Shown: positions 34,372 through 44,332 of the stretch, piece after piece | Layout: each line of letters starts with the position of its first letter | How positions within the stretch are numbered: the first letter of the stretch is position 1 | Assembly (NCBI GenBank): GCA_049509455.1 | Contig: JBEKZX010000008.1 | Span: 1 to 47,770, forward strand | DNA: 47,770 bases | Source: Conexivisphaerales archaeon | Lineage (GTDB): Archaea > Thermoproteota > Nitrososphaeria > Conexivisphaerales > DTJL01 | Reading direction: 5' to 3' | Position numbers and translations under genes: made by a program | The notes under the pieces: generated by a model | What the model saw: the letters and a program-made list of their open reading frames with translations, nothing else | Told to the model about the DNA's origin: nothing | The model's database searches: none

Positions 34372-35662
34372 CCTTTCCCAGCTCCAGCGTATCGGCCCGG
34401 TCATGCCCATACGAAACATACCTTATGGGCAACCCGATCGACGACTCGATCATCTTCAAGTAGGACCTCAGGTCCTCCGGCAGGCTTCCTATGCCTCCCT
34501 TCGCCTTGTCCCTCCATTCCTCAGGGCTGAGATCCGGCCAGCCTGGCACCTCCAGGTAATGCGGCCTGCACCGGCGCAGCTGGACTATGGTTGAAGGGGG
34601 TCTAGCCACGACCCTTCCGGCGTCCATGTATCCGTCGCAGACGGGTACCTTTTCGAGGCCACCCAACACGTCCACTTTGGTGACGGCCAGCTCGGTGACG
34701 CCACTGGAGTTCGCCGCGCTCCGGACAGCAACGGCGTCGAACCATCCCACTCGCCTAGGTCTCCCCGTGGTCGCTCCGTACTCTCCGCCCTTCTTCCTGA
34801 TGGCCTCACAAAGGGGACCACTGATCTCAGAAACGAATGGCCCGGCACCCACCCTCGTGCAGTACGCCTTGATAATGCCGATAACCCTCTGCACGCCCTG
34901 GCTAGGGATACCTATCCCGGCAGGCGCGTACGAAGCCGTGGTGTGCGTAGCGGTGACGTAAGGATAGGTCCCGTAGTCTATGTCCAGGAAGTAGCCCTGG
35001 GCGCCTTCTAGCAGCAGCTTACCTCCCTTCGACAAAAGGTCATTGGCCTCCGCCGACACGTCGCCCACGTAGGGCCTCAGTCGTGGCGCAACCTCCTTCA
35101 GCTCTGCGAAGGAATCCTTGACGATGGCGTCGCCGTCCTCTCCGTATACCTCATTGATCAGGACGCGGTTCCACCCCGCGAAGGCTTCATAGGCCATCTT
35201 GAGCGCTTCGTCTTCAAGAAGATCGCCCGCCCTGACCCCCACCCTCGAGGCACGGTCCGAGAAGGCTGGTGATATTCCCCGCAAAGTGGTCCCTATGGAA
35301 AAGGCTCCACGCCTCCCCTCTTCGAACCTGTCCCTGAACTTGTGAGGCCCAAGGGTCAGGTGGGCCCTGTCACTGATCAGCAAGTCAGGCCGGATGTTCA
35401 GAGAGGCCAGGTCATCCAACTCCTTCAGCAAGACCTCTGGGTCCACAACCACGCCGTTGCCGATGAAGAGCCTCTTGTTCCGCATAACGCCTGACGGAAG
35501 GAGATGAAACGACAGCTTTGTCCCACCGACTACGACCGTGTGGCCCGCGTTGGAGCCACCGTTAAAACGTGCCACGGCGTCGAAACCTTCGGAGACGAAG
35601 TCAATGATTTTACCCTTTCCTTCGTCGCCCCACTGGAGGCCCACGACGACGGTGGCTGGCAA
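34361..35662 (-). CDS. purA: Adenylosuccinate synthetase (long form)
   Basis: GLQWGDEGKGK, FNGGSNAGHT, GTTLRGI, EGAQG, GATTGRPRRVGWFD, TKVDVL; TTG 35662 gives the canonical MPATVVVG N-terminus. Confidence 0.95.
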   Translation of the reverse strand: MPATVVVGLQWGDEGKGKIIDFVSEGFDAVARFNGGSNAGHTVVVGGTKLSFHLLPSGVMRNKRLFIGNGVVVDPEVLLKELDDLASLNIRPDLLISDRAHLTLGPHKFRDRFEEGRRGAFSIGTTLRGISPAFSDRASRVGVRAGDLLEDEALKMAYEAFAGWNRVLINEVYGEDGDAIVKDSFAELKEVAPRLRPYVGDVSAEANDLLSKGGKLLLEGAQGYFLDIDYGTYPYVTATHTTASYAPAGIGIPSQGVQRVIGIIKAYCTRVGAGPFVSEISGPLCEAIRKKGGEYGATTGRPRRVGWFDAVAVRSAANSSGVTELAVTKVDVLGGLEKVPVCDGYMDAGRVVARPPSTIVQLRRCRPHYLEVPGWPDLSPEEWRDKAKGGIGSLPEDLRSYLKMIESSIGLPIRYVSYGHDRADTLELGKDVS

Positions 35663-35937
35663 TGCGGACGGGATGTAGAGGGAGGCACCTTTTAACTTTG
35701 AGACCTGGTCGCCATCCATTCGCTTCTCGTGAGCTACCGGGGGAGGGCGAGAGGCCAGTGTGTGCTCTTCGTACCTGACTTGATCTGTCTTGGGATGGAC
35801 ATTCAACGCATAAGAGGTCGCCCGCTCGAAGAACTGTTAGGGGTCGGACGGCGTGGTTCTCAAGGGATTATTCAACTTGTTCTGGCTTTGCGTTGTTGCG
35901 GTCGCCCACATGGCCTCGACTACTACAAAGAATCTTT

Positions 35938-36810
35938 CTACGAGATTCGCGAAGGTTCTAACTGGCGCCCTTGGGCGTAGAGCGCCATTGATTTGCTCGT
36001 CCCCCTCCTGAAGTGGGTCAATATCTCGGCCAGAACGCTCACGGCGATCTCCTGAGGCGTCGAAGCTCCTATGTCCAGCCCTACAGGGGCGTGAACCCTT
36101 GAAGAGAGGGAGGAGACGTCCATTCCGGTCTCCTTCGCCACGCGGGCAAAAATGGTCTGAACCCTGTGGCGGCTCCCTATCATACCTATGTAGCCAGCCC
36201 GCGTCTTCAGTGCCGCCGTCAGCGCCGGGACGTCGTTCTTGTGCCGGGTCACGATGACGATCCCGGACTGGTCGTCGACATGGACCTTCGGCAGCCCCTC
36301 TTCGTGGCGCGCCTTCACGTAACTGTTGGAGCCAGGGAGGATCACCGACGGAGGTATGGGATCCACCAGCACCGTCCCCATTTCAAGGAAGTGAGCCAGC
36401 TCTACGATGCTCGTTGCTACAGGCCCTGATCCCAGCACCACAAGCCTCAAGTCTGGCCTGATGAGCTCCACAAGGACGTCCACCTTCCCGCCGCAGAGCA
36501 TGCCCACGCCGCCCGTGTCCTGCTCTTCTAGAAGCATTGAGCGCACCTCCACGACCGACTCCCCTCTGCTCCCGTCTTCAGGCCCTTTCTCCCTTTCCTT
36601 GGCCAGCATCTGGAGGGCCAAGTCGACGGCGTCGTTCTCCAGGCAGTCGCCTCCGATGGTCCCTATCCGCGAACCGTCCTCCAGAACCACCATCTTGGCC
36701 CCCAGACCCCTGGGGCTAGAGCCCTTGCTCCCGATGATCGTGATCGTAGCGAAGTGCTCACCCCTGGCTGAGAGCTCCGCCATCTTGCCGTAGAGGTCCG
36801 CGGCCCGCAA
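35938..36810 (-). CDS. xdhC: XdhC/CoxI-family Moco sulfuration/insertion chaperone
   Basis: GSSPRGLGAKM, GTIGGDCLE, GMLCGG, YIGMIGSRHR, VHAPVGLDIGASTPQEIAVS. Confidence 0.9.
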   Translation of the reverse strand: MRAADLYGKMAELSARGEHFATITIIGSKGSSPRGLGAKMVVLEDGSRIGTIGGDCLENDAVDLALQMLAKEREKGPEDGSRGESVVEVRSMLLEEQDTGGVGMLCGGKVDVLVELIRPDLRLVVLGSGPVATSIVELAHFLEMGTVLVDPIPPSVILPGSNSYVKARHEEGLPKVHVDDQSGIVIVTRHKNDVPALTAALKTRAGYIGMIGSRHRVQTIFARVAKETGMDVSSLSSRVHAPVGLDIGASTPQEIAVSVLAEILTHFRRGTSKSMALYAQGRQLEPSRIS

Positions 36811-36938
36811 GCCTATCGGAGAGACGAACTCCGCCCAGCCCCGTAAAAGCTTAGTGCAGATTTCCCGGCCGGCCTGCGGCCCTGCCGACGTAGGGGGCAG
36901 CGTTTATTAGTCGAAGAGGCTACCGTAGAGTTCCTCAT

Positions 36939-37592
36939 TTGAAGTTCATCAAGCCTTCATACGACGAAATCAGGGCCGACGCACTCCGGCTCTTCAAAGC
37001 CATCTCGTCAAGCGGCTACACGCCCGACGTGAATGTCGGCGTCGGCCGGGGAGGCTTGTTCGTCCTCAGATGCCTCCAGGACTTCTACGTGGCGGGAGGG
37101 ACGAAGATCCCCTACGTGGTGCCCGCCGTCGAAAGGTACAGCGGAATCGAGTCCACTGGCTCCGTTAAGATCCGACGCCTTAGCAGGGGCGACGTTGAGA
37201 AGAGGAAGGTCCTTGTCGTGGACGATGTCTCGGACCAGGGCGACTCCTTAATGGCCATGGTGGACCTGCTTCAACGAGACGGAGCGGCTCAAGTCAAGAC
37301 CGCCACGATCCACTTCAAGCCTTGGTCGAAGCTCAAGCCGGATTTCTTCGTCGTCGAAACGGATTCCTGGATCATCTACCCTTGGGAGCTCTACGAATCC
37401 ATTCGCCTTATACTTGAGAAGGGGAAAGATGAAGCGCCCAGCGACGCTTATAAGGAGCTGACCGACGACGCACGCATCACTAAGGAAGAGTACCTGGCCT
37501 TCTGCGGGCTAGCGACCCACTCCAGGAACCTTCCGGACGATCTGAAAGAAAGGATTAGAGCCGTCTGCCGCCTCTACCATGGTAAAAATTGA
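36939..37592 (+). CDS. Type I purine phosphoribosyltransferase (hypoxanthine/guanine/xanthine)
   Basis: GVGRGG, PRPP loop VLVVDDVSDQGDSL, KPWSKLKPDFFV, WIIYPWE. Confidence 0.85.
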   Translation: MKFIKPSYDEIRADALRLFKAISSSGYTPDVNVGVGRGGLFVLRCLQDFYVAGGTKIPYVVPAVERYSGIESTGSVKIRRLSRGDVEKRKVLVVDDVSDQGDSLMAMVDLLQRDGAAQVKTATIHFKPWSKLKPDFFVVETDSWIIYPWELYESIRLILEKGKDEAPSDAYKELTDDARITKEEYLAFCGLATHSRNLPDDLKERIRAVCRLYHGKN

Positions 37593-37785
37593 AACGCTGC
37601 TGCTTCGGTCGGCTAGGAAGTAGAGAAAATGGTTTTACGACCTGTGGCGCATCAGGCGCTGGCCCGCCCACAGGAGAAGCTTTCGCAGGCGGACGCCTCT
37701 GGGGTGACCGCCTGGAGAGCCGAGAAGTGCACAAGTCTTTTAACACCAGTCCGGAATACGTTATGACAATAGGAGATTCCTTGCC

Positions 37786-38067
37786 TTGGTCAAGAGAAAG
37801 TTCACGATAGACACGGGGACCGAAAAGGTCGAAGTCGAGGGTTACGACTACCAAAAGGTCGCGATAAGATATCTCATGAAGAGAAGGAGGTCGCTCCTCT
37901 CGACTAGGGACCCTGCAAAGGTGGACGTGCTCTGGGACAAACTACCCAAGGCCGTCGAGGTCATAGGCACGAGAGAGTCGAAGAAGTACTCCATAGATTG
38001 GAAGCGGGTAGGCGAAGAGGAGTTCCAGGGTGCCAGATTTGTTTTCTCCCTGAAGGAAGCGCAATAG
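37786..38067 (+). CDS. Conserved hypothetical protein
   Basis: KRKFTID...VAIRYLMKRRRSLL...GARFVF resembles, from memory, a small Nitrososphaerota-conserved protein; TTTTAA box at about 37738. Confidence 0.7.
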   Translation: MVKRKFTIDTGTEKVEVEGYDYQKVAIRYLMKRRRSLLSTRDPAKVDVLWDKLPKAVEVIGTRESKKYSIDWKRVGEEEFQGARFVFSLKEAQ

Positions 38068-38109
38068 TCGGCCGCCGTTTCTCGTCAGATAGCCCGCGGG
38101 CGTTCAGAT

Positions 38110-38610
38110 TTAACGCTTGTCCGTCCGTCCACCGGCTTCGACGATCCCGACACTGTCCTGATAGCGTCCACCGTAGCCCTTCCCGACCGGGCTAGCTTCG
38201 TGGAAGAGGAGATGCCAGAAGCGCTCCCCTTTCTTCAGGGTCGACGGATACGGTGGAGAGCGCACCTGAAGCGTGAGCCTCCCTCTGTAGCCGGCGTCGA
38301 CGATGGTTCCGGGAATAAGGTATCCCAAGCGGGCATAGGTGCTCCTAAGGTTGACGTGGGCGACGAGATCGAGCGGCAGCTCCATTTTCTCCAGGGTGAG
38401 AAGGAGGACGACGCTCCCTGCTGGAAGCTCCAGCTGGTCGGAAATGGAGACCTTCCTGGAATTGTACTCCGGTCCGGGAATGAGGATCACAGCTTCGCCT
38501 CCGATGCGGAGGTCGAGGCCGTTGGGGGTCACACAGGCCCGGTTGAAGGGAGTCACCTTCAGGCTCCCTTCCTCCACCCTCTTCAGTATCTCGTTGTCGG
38601 AAAGCAGCAT
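38110..38610 (-). CDS. dcd: dCTP deaminase
   Basis: MLLSDNEI, PNGLDLRIG, LRSTYARLG, IVDAGYRGRLTL, YGGRYQDS. Confidence 0.88.
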   Translation of the reverse strand: MLLSDNEILKRVEEGSLKVTPFNRACVTPNGLDLRIGGEAVILIPGPEYNSRKVSISDQLELPAGSVVLLLTLEKMELPLDLVAHVNLRSTYARLGYLIPGTIVDAGYRGRLTLQVRSPPYPSTLKKGERFWHLLFHEASPVGKGYGGRYQDSVGIVEAGGRTDKR

Positions 38611-38793
38611 GGAAATCTACGGTTCGGAACGTCTCCGGGCTGGATTAAAGCTTGATGGTTACAGGCCGGGAGGAGGCGCCTTTTGCAGAGTTCCATAGAA
38701 CTAGAACTTCCCAAGAGGAGTTCTACAGGAGCTCTAGAGCGTCCCCCATTAAATACCCACCATGCAACTGCTCGCCTAAGGAGGTAAAGGTAC

Positions 38794-39909
38794 ACGAACA
38801 GCAAGATCGCACTGGCGACGATAGCTATCGTCGCCCTCCTATCAGTATCGGCGTTCGCGGCCACGTCCACCTCAGCGGTGGCCAAGAGTGACGGCGTCGG
38901 GCAGCAGCTGAAACAGATGATGCAGCAGAGGGAACAGAAGCTCAAGAACTTCGGATCGATGTACAACCTCGTGGAGACCCCAGGGCTCTTTGGGCTTGGA
39001 TACTCCACGTTCACTTCCGTGAACTTGGGGAACAGCACTCAGGTCTTCTACCTTTCAGTCAACCGGAACGGATTCCGTACCGATGGATACCCCTCGATCC
39101 TCACGGCATCTCTCAACTCCAGCAAGGTCGACACGACCAGGACTACCGACTGGGTGGCGGGACTCCTGTCCGTCCAGAAGCTCGTCGAATACAACGACAC
39201 CAACGGTGACGGCCTCTTCACTCAAGGGGTCGACACCGTACTGCAGGTCGTCAGCTTCAACCAGCTTAACTGGGCACTCGGGACGGAATCGATCACCTCT
39301 GGCAGCTCTACCGGCTACAACATCACCCTGACGGCTCTGTACGAGGGTGGCACTATCGAAATCGTCGCACAGGTCTACAACACGGGTGTAGTCCTGAGCA
39401 ACGGAGTGCCCATCTCTCCGACCGAGGTCAAGGTTGACTTCATCATCAACAACTTCCCATGGAACAGCACCACGAGCAGGCTGGCGTTGTTCTCCGCCTT
39501 CGGTGGCGTTTCGTCATCCGCCCAAGTCACCAGGGCTGACAACCAGACGACGGCCGTGCAATACAAGAACGCTTTCGCCTACTTCACCTGGGCCAGCACC
39601 GCTACGGTCGATGGCAGCACGGTGTCGGTGCTCTCCAACCAGACGAGCATCAACAGCGGAGCCATCCAAGAGGTTCAGCTGAACTATCCGCACGGAAGCA
39701 GCATAACCGATGACCCGATCATCGGGGTCGGCTCGGGCAGCGTCCAGAACGTCCCGTCTCTAGGGGCCTCCGCGACCGCGACCCCCACGTCGGTCAGCGC
39801 CCTCCCGGGATTATACTTCGTAACGGCAAGCGCTGTAGTCATCCTAGGAGTCGCTGCGCTGGCACTGGTAGCACGCAAGAGAATGGTGGAGCCGAAGCTC
39901 CAATTCTGA
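38794..39909 (+). CDS. Secreted, C-terminally membrane-anchored Ser/Thr/Asn-rich surface protein; probable ACG start
   Basis: In-frame signal peptide NSKIALATIAIVALLSVSAFAA upstream of the track start (38878); SD GGAGGT at 38780-85; DTNGDG motif; C-terminal TM helix followed by ARKR. Confidence 0.75.
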   Translation, partial: TNSKIALATIAIVALLSVSAFAATSTSAVAKSDGVGQQLKQMMQQREQKLKNFGSMYNLVETPGLFGLGYSTFTSVNLGNSTQVFYLSVNRNGFRTDGYPSILTASLNSSKVDTTRTTDWVAGLLSVQKLVEYNDTNGDGLFTQGVDTVLQVVSFNQLNWALGTESITSGSSTGYNITLTALYEGGTIEIVAQVYNTGVVLSNGVPISPTEVKVDFIINNFPWNSTTSRLALFSAFGGVSSSAQVTRADNQTTAVQYKNAFAYFTWASTATVDGSTVSVLSNQTSINSGAIQEVQLNYPHGSSITDDPIIGVGSGSVQNVPSLGASATATPTSVSALPGLYFVTASAVVILGVAALALVARKRMVEPKLQF

Positions 39910-39930
39910 AGGAACAGCCCCATCCATTCT

Positions 39931-39943
39931 TCCCTTTTTTCGT
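39931..39943 (+). terminator. Pyrimidine/T-tract, archaeal-type terminator
   Basis: TCCCTTTTTTCG about 25 nt after the stop codon. Confidence 0.4.
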
Positions 39944-40068
39944 TCATTTGGCCCAGCGGAAGCTCCGCGCGTGAAGAGGCATGATCCGAATCTGTGGATA
40001 CGAGAACTTCACCAAAATGCCGCCGGGAGACGATACCGTAACAGGAGAGCGAACGGAAAGGCTGCATA

Positions 40069-40097
40069 AGGCACCCTCTGTCAAAGCGAGGGTGCCT
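40069..40097. other. Perfect 10-bp GC-rich hairpin AGGCACCCTC-9nt-GAGGGTGCCT
   Basis: Read directly; 20 nt downstream of the 45-aa minus-strand ORF. Confidence 0.6.
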
Positions 40098-40116
40098 GAA
40101 AGTTTGAGGCTAACGT

Positions 40117-40254
40117 TTAACCGATGCTGAGGACGCCGCCCACGGCATCTTGAAGGATTGTCTGCACTGGGACACCCAGGGCAGCCGCGACAGCGATCGC
40201 GGCAACGGCAGATCCTGCTACTGCGAGGGCCAGCATTTTCTCATTCTTTTCCAA
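40117..40254 (-). CDS. 45-aa hydrophobic microprotein (below ORF-track cutoff)
   Basis: MEKNEKMLALAVAGSAVAAIAVAAALGVPVQTILQDAVGGVLSIG; TTG 40254 or ATG 40236; followed by a strong hairpin. Confidence 0.5.
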   Translation of the reverse strand: MEKNEKMLALAVAGSAVAAIAVAAALGVPVQTILQDAVGGVLSIG

Positions 40255-40372
40255 TTCGACGTTCCACCGTCAAAGGTATTAGACTCACCTCTAGATAAGT
40301 TTTTCCTTTTTGGTAAGGGATATGCTGGCCCTGCTCGGATTCTTCATCGTTTTGCCGAGTTTGTTCACTTTT

Positions 40373-41173
40373 TCAGATAGGATGTGGGTGTTGATTTGCT
40401 TCCCTAATCCAATAGGTGTCGCTGTCGTTGCCCTTGAGCTGGCACGTTACCTCTTCGGCCATCACTGGGCGAGCAGTTATGAACGCGAAGGCACCCGAGA
40501 CGATGCCCTTGGCAAGATCGCAGAGGACTGGGCTATATGGCAGGCTGGGATTGTCTAATATGAGGAAGTTCCTGACCTTGATCTCTGCTTCGAAGGGTTC
40601 CTCCCTAAAGTGGTTGGTGGAGACCACCCCTAACCCGGAAGCCCTGAAGGCCTTGACAAAGAGGTCAACGGACTCTTTGCAAGAGGTGATTCCCGTCGTC
40701 TTCCTGAGGAAACTCGCCAGCTCATAGCCCAGCTGGTAGCCGGAGTTGTAAACTATGACCCTGGCAGGTCCGAGGCCAAGGACCTTCTCTAGGGTGGCAT
40801 ATGACGAATAGACGGCGTTGGCGGAGAAGATGAGTGCCCTCTGGCTCCCCGAGGAGAGAGGGTACATGAAGACGTCCACGTAGCTGTTCTCATGCTTAAT
40901 GTCGATCACGTCCTCCAGAGCCTTGATCTTCGAGGTTATCTCGTCGATCAAGGCGCTAGAGGTACAGGCGACGAAGACAGCGAAGTAGCCTTTGTCGCCT
41001 TCCGTGAAGATTTGGCCCTTCAGCACGTTGACCCCGTGCTCTGCCAGTATGGTGGTTACTCGGTTCAGGGCGCCAGGTTGGTTCTTCAGCGTAATGAACA
41101 TCTCGAAAATCTGGGCCCCCTTCTGGGGTTCCTGAACCCAGTAAACCGGTCTTCCGGAATTGTCGGCGGACAT
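40373..41173 (-). CDS. ACT + V4R domain ligand-binding regulatory protein
   Basis: ACT motif LKNQPGALNRVTTILAEHGVNV; V4R features YNSGYQLG, SGLG, CDLAKGIVSG, EEVTCQLKG. Confidence 0.75.
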   Translation of the reverse strand: MSADNSGRPVYWVQEPQKGAQIFEMFITLKNQPGALNRVTTILAEHGVNVLKGQIFTEGDKGYFAVFVACTSSALIDEITSKIKALEDVIDIKHENSYVDVFMYPLSSGSQRALIFSANAVYSSYATLEKVLGLGPARVIVYNSGYQLGYELASFLRKTTGITSCKESVDLFVKAFRASGLGVVSTNHFREEPFEAEIKVRNFLILDNPSLPYSPVLCDLAKGIVSGAFAFITARPVMAEEVTCQLKGNDSDTYWIREANQHPHPI

Positions 41174-41481
41174 CGTTCTGCCAATACGCCTATGATTCTG
41201 GGATATTTATAACCTTTTGCCTGCTACTATATACTCTGATAGCGGTTAGGATATAATACAGCGGCCATGATTAGCTTTTTCCCAAAGCGAGCCGCCCTGC
41301 AGTCGACGATTGGTCAACCCTTAATATATATGATTCAGGAAAAGAGCAGATCGCCAGGAAGCCCTTGGTACCGTCTTTAGGTTTTTAGCAGGTAGGCCCA
41401 ATGAGACGGCTGAGGCGCACCGCGGCATGGCAGCCAGCCACTAGGGAATTGGTTATATCGCCCGGAAAGCGACCCGTCCTC

Positions 41482-42321
41482 GTGCCGGCAGAACGTTCTC
41501 CCAGCGACGAATACAGGGCGCTGGACCATCCTGCGCGTCGCAGGATCATGGAACTCCTGGGGACCCGGGAGTCCATCTCCTTTTCTGAGCTGAGAGCGGA
41601 GACGGGACTCCCTGTCGGTACGCTCTACTACCATCTTGACGTCCTTAGGGGGCTAGTGACCCAAGACAGCTCGAGGAGATACCTCCTCAGCAAGGAAGGT
41701 ATCAAGCTTTACGCGTCGCTGGCCGACAAAGAAGGCCTCCCCCATCTCCAGAGGTCTCGGTCCCTCAGCATACTCCCCGGATGGATCTTCGCTTCACTGG
41801 AGGGCTCGGTGATAAAGACAGCCTTGATTTGGCTGGCAGTGGCCGCCACGGGCGGAGCCCTTTCTTACTTCGGCGGCCAGGCTTTGGTCCTCATGCACTT
41901 TGGCGTGTCTGTCTTCCCCAACTGGGTCGACGTCTCCCTCTTCCCCCTCAGCATGTTAATCTATCTGGTCTACAGCCTGGCGTCCACCTACCTGCTCTCA
42001 GGAAGAGGGACCAACCTGCCGGGCCTCCTCGCCTCTGGAGTCGTCTACCTTCCCTACCTTGTCTTGCCGCTGACTACTTCTATCATCAGCCCGACGGCCG
42101 GCGGAGGCACGGGCCTCGTCTACCTCATCCTGACCATTCTCGTCCAGGGCTCGTCGGTCATCCTGGGAGCGACGTATATGTCTAGCACCTTTGGGATGAG
42201 GCTGGAACGGTCTCTCCTCCTCCAACTAGTCTTTTACGTTGCGGCCACGGTGACCTTCACCGCCCTTCAGTACCTAGGCCTCATTGCGGAAGCTGGCCGG
42301 GTGGCGGCGCAGGTTATATAG
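41482..42321 (+). CDS. ArsR-like winged-helix domain fused to a multi-pass membrane domain
   Basis: ALDHPARRRIMELL, SFSELRAETGLPVGTLYYHLDVL, YLLSKEG; about six TM segments; GTG 41482 preferred (TATA at about 41451-58). Confidence 0.78.
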   Translation: MPAERSPSDEYRALDHPARRRIMELLGTRESISFSELRAETGLPVGTLYYHLDVLRGLVTQDSSRRYLLSKEGIKLYASLADKEGLPHLQRSRSLSILPGWIFASLEGSVIKTALIWLAVAATGGALSYFGGQALVLMHFGVSVFPNWVDVSLFPLSMLIYLVYSLASTYLLSGRGTNLPGLLASGVVYLPYLVLPLTTSIISPTAGGGTGLVYLILTILVQGSSVILGATYMSSTFGMRLERSLLLQLVFYVAATVTFTALQYLGLIAEAGRVAAQVI

Positions 42322-42338
42322 AAGGCCCTGGCCGAGGT

Positions 42339-43460
42339 TCAGCCAGGATTCTGTTTGAGGGTTTCCCTGAGATTCTGCAGCTTCTTGACGTTCTCGTCCA
42401 GAGGGAAGGACCATGACCCTGCCACGGAATCGTAAAGGGAGTGGGGTATGGTGAACGCCAGGGAGTTACCTACGTCAATGGTCTTGAAGTCTAGGCACTC
42501 CGCGAGGGAGCCCAAGCTGTTGTTAAGGTAGTACTGCACGTATAGGTAATGCTCCACGGGCACGGCCATCTCCACCAGGTAGAGGTCCCTGTTTCCGGCG
42601 GCCGCTTCGGACCAGGTGAATGGTATAGAGTAGAAGGCCTTCCTGATATCCTGAAGCTGGCTCTGGCTTAGGTCCTTGGCGAAGACCCGCCCGTAGATGA
42701 TTCTGTGCTTCTTGATGCTTTCGAGGTCACCCATCCATCTTACGATGTACTTGGTGACCATCTTGCGCTCTAGGACGTGGCTGTTGTAGTGGTATTGGAG
42801 CGTCTTCACGTTGATATTGAGCTTCTTCGACATCTCGGCGACGGTGCTCAGCGAGTTTAGGGCGAGCTCCTTCGCCAAAAGGATGTCCATCTTGTCGTAC
42901 TCGTTCTTGTCGTACTCCGAGGAGGCGCCGATCTTCGGGACTTCGCTCACTGTGGAGAGGGCCTGCCAGTCGATGTCCCACCTACCTTCCTGGAAGTCGT
43001 AGTACTCGGGCCTGAGAGAAAGATAGTTCACCCAGATGATGGGCTTCAGGGAGTACCCTGTCAAGATGCCCAGGTTCACCATTTCGTCCAGAAACTCCAT
43101 CATCTGCGACTTGTAAAGCCTAGGCGTCTGGAAGAGGCAGTAGTACTCCTTCGACATGAGCTGGCCCGAATAGTACGTCAGGTAGGCGAGCTCGTGGAGA
43201 GACTGCAGTATGTATTTCGAAATCGCCTGGTAGCTGTCGGAAAAGCTCATCATAACGATGTATCTCTGAAGGTCGAACTTCTCCGCGTCGATCAGCGCGT
43301 GGATGGCCACACCTCTGCGATAGAGCTGGTTCTTTATCTTGTATCGGACCGTCTCGGGTGGGATGCCGGTGAGCCGTGAGATGAGAGAATAGTTCCCCGG
43401 TCCAACCTGTATAATTGCGCGCACGATCCTCGCTGCTGGGTCGTCCTCTGGTAGTGGCAT
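42339..43460 (-). CDS. Tandem Lrp/AsnC-like transcription regulator (two HTH modules)
   Basis: YSLISRLTGIPPETVRYKIK and DKMDILLAKEL...VAEMSKKLNINVKTLQYHY. Confidence 0.65.
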   Translation of the reverse strand: MPLPEDDPAARIVRAIIQVGPGNYSLISRLTGIPPETVRYKIKNQLYRRGVAIHALIDAEKFDLQRYIVMMSFSDSYQAISKYILQSLHELAYLTYYSGQLMSKEYYCLFQTPRLYKSQMMEFLDEMVNLGILTGYSLKPIIWVNYLSLRPEYYDFQEGRWDIDWQALSTVSEVPKIGASSEYDKNEYDKMDILLAKELALNSLSTVAEMSKKLNINVKTLQYHYNSHVLERKMVTKYIVRWMGDLESIKKHRIIYGRVFAKDLSQSQLQDIRKAFYSIPFTWSEAAAGNRDLYLVEMAVPVEHYLYVQYYLNNSLGSLAECLDFKTIDVGNSLAFTIPHSLYDSVAGSWSFPLDENVKKLQNLRETLKQNPG

Positions 43461-43555
43461 GTTACATGATGCCTCCTTTCTCCTCGGCCCTGGAACTTGG
43501 TTGGGCTAGAGTGTTATTTTAACCTTTTCCAAACCGACTTACCAATTTACCAATA

Positions 43556-44332
43556 CTATGGGCAGATATGTGGCATTTCTCGCTTGTGCTTTGAGGTGGC
43601 CATCTTCGCCACGACGAGGTCCACCTCATGGCCAGCGGAAAGCCTCGCCTTGGCGGCCACCGGCGAAAGGCCTTCCTGAGTGAGAAGGACCAGAATCCTG
43701 TCGGCCAGTTCGTACGGAATGCCCAACTCTCCCTCCGCCGTCTGTCCCTCCCATAGCCTGGGGCTGCTGACCTTTTCAGTGATCGAAGGAGGGAGGCCCA
43801 AATACCGGCCCAGGACTCTGAGCTCGGTCTTGTAAAGCCCCGCCAGAGGCAGGAGGTCGACGCCCCCGTCCCCCCACTTAGTGAAGTAGCCAAGGAGTAT
43901 CTCGCTCCTGTCGCCCGTCCCCACGACGAGCCTGGACTGAAGATTGGCCAAATAGTAAAGTAGGGACATCCTGACTCGGGCCTTGAGGTTGCCTCTGGCC
44001 AGCCTGTCTCCCGGGAGAAACCCAGAGAAGGCCTCCACCATTGGGGAGATGTCCATCTTCTCCGTCGCCACTCCCAGGCGCGAGGCCAGCGCCACAGCGT
44101 CGTCCTGGTCCGCCGCGGGTGTCAGCCCTGCCTCAGGAAGAAGGAGGCCCAGGACTGAGTCCTTCCCCACCGAGTCCACGCAGGCCTTCAGCGCCATCGA
44201 AGAGTCGAGGCCGCCACTCAACCCTAAGACGAGGCCCTTCGCGCCCGAGCCTTTGAGCTCACGACGGATGAAGGCCTTAACGCCTTCATACTTCACGAGA
44301 AGGTCGACATTGCGCACGGGGGACGGCAGCAT
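43556..44332 (-). CDS. nadE: NH3-dependent NAD+ synthetase
   Basis: LGLSGGLDSS, GNLKARVRM, GTGDRSE, YFTKWGDGG, LYKTELR. Confidence 0.95.
   Translation of the reverse strand: MLPSPVRNVDLLVKYEGVKAFIRRELKGSGAKGLVLGLSGGLDSSMALKACVDSVGKDSVLGLLLPEAGLTPAADQDDAVALASRLGVATEKMDISPMVEAFSGFLPGDRLARGNLKARVRMSLLYYLANLQSRLVVGTGDRSEILLGYFTKWGDGGVDLLPLAGLYKTELRVLGRYLGLPPSITEKVSSPRLWEGQTAEGELGIPYELADRILVLLTQEGLSPVAAKARLSAGHEVDLVVAKMATSKHKREMPHICP

Noticed and set aside
37641-37714. Two intergenic hairpins (CCTGTGG/CCACAGG and CAGGCGG/CCGCCTG)
   Set aside because: 7-bp GC stems with no ACA or C/D boxes in register; expected by chance at this GC content.
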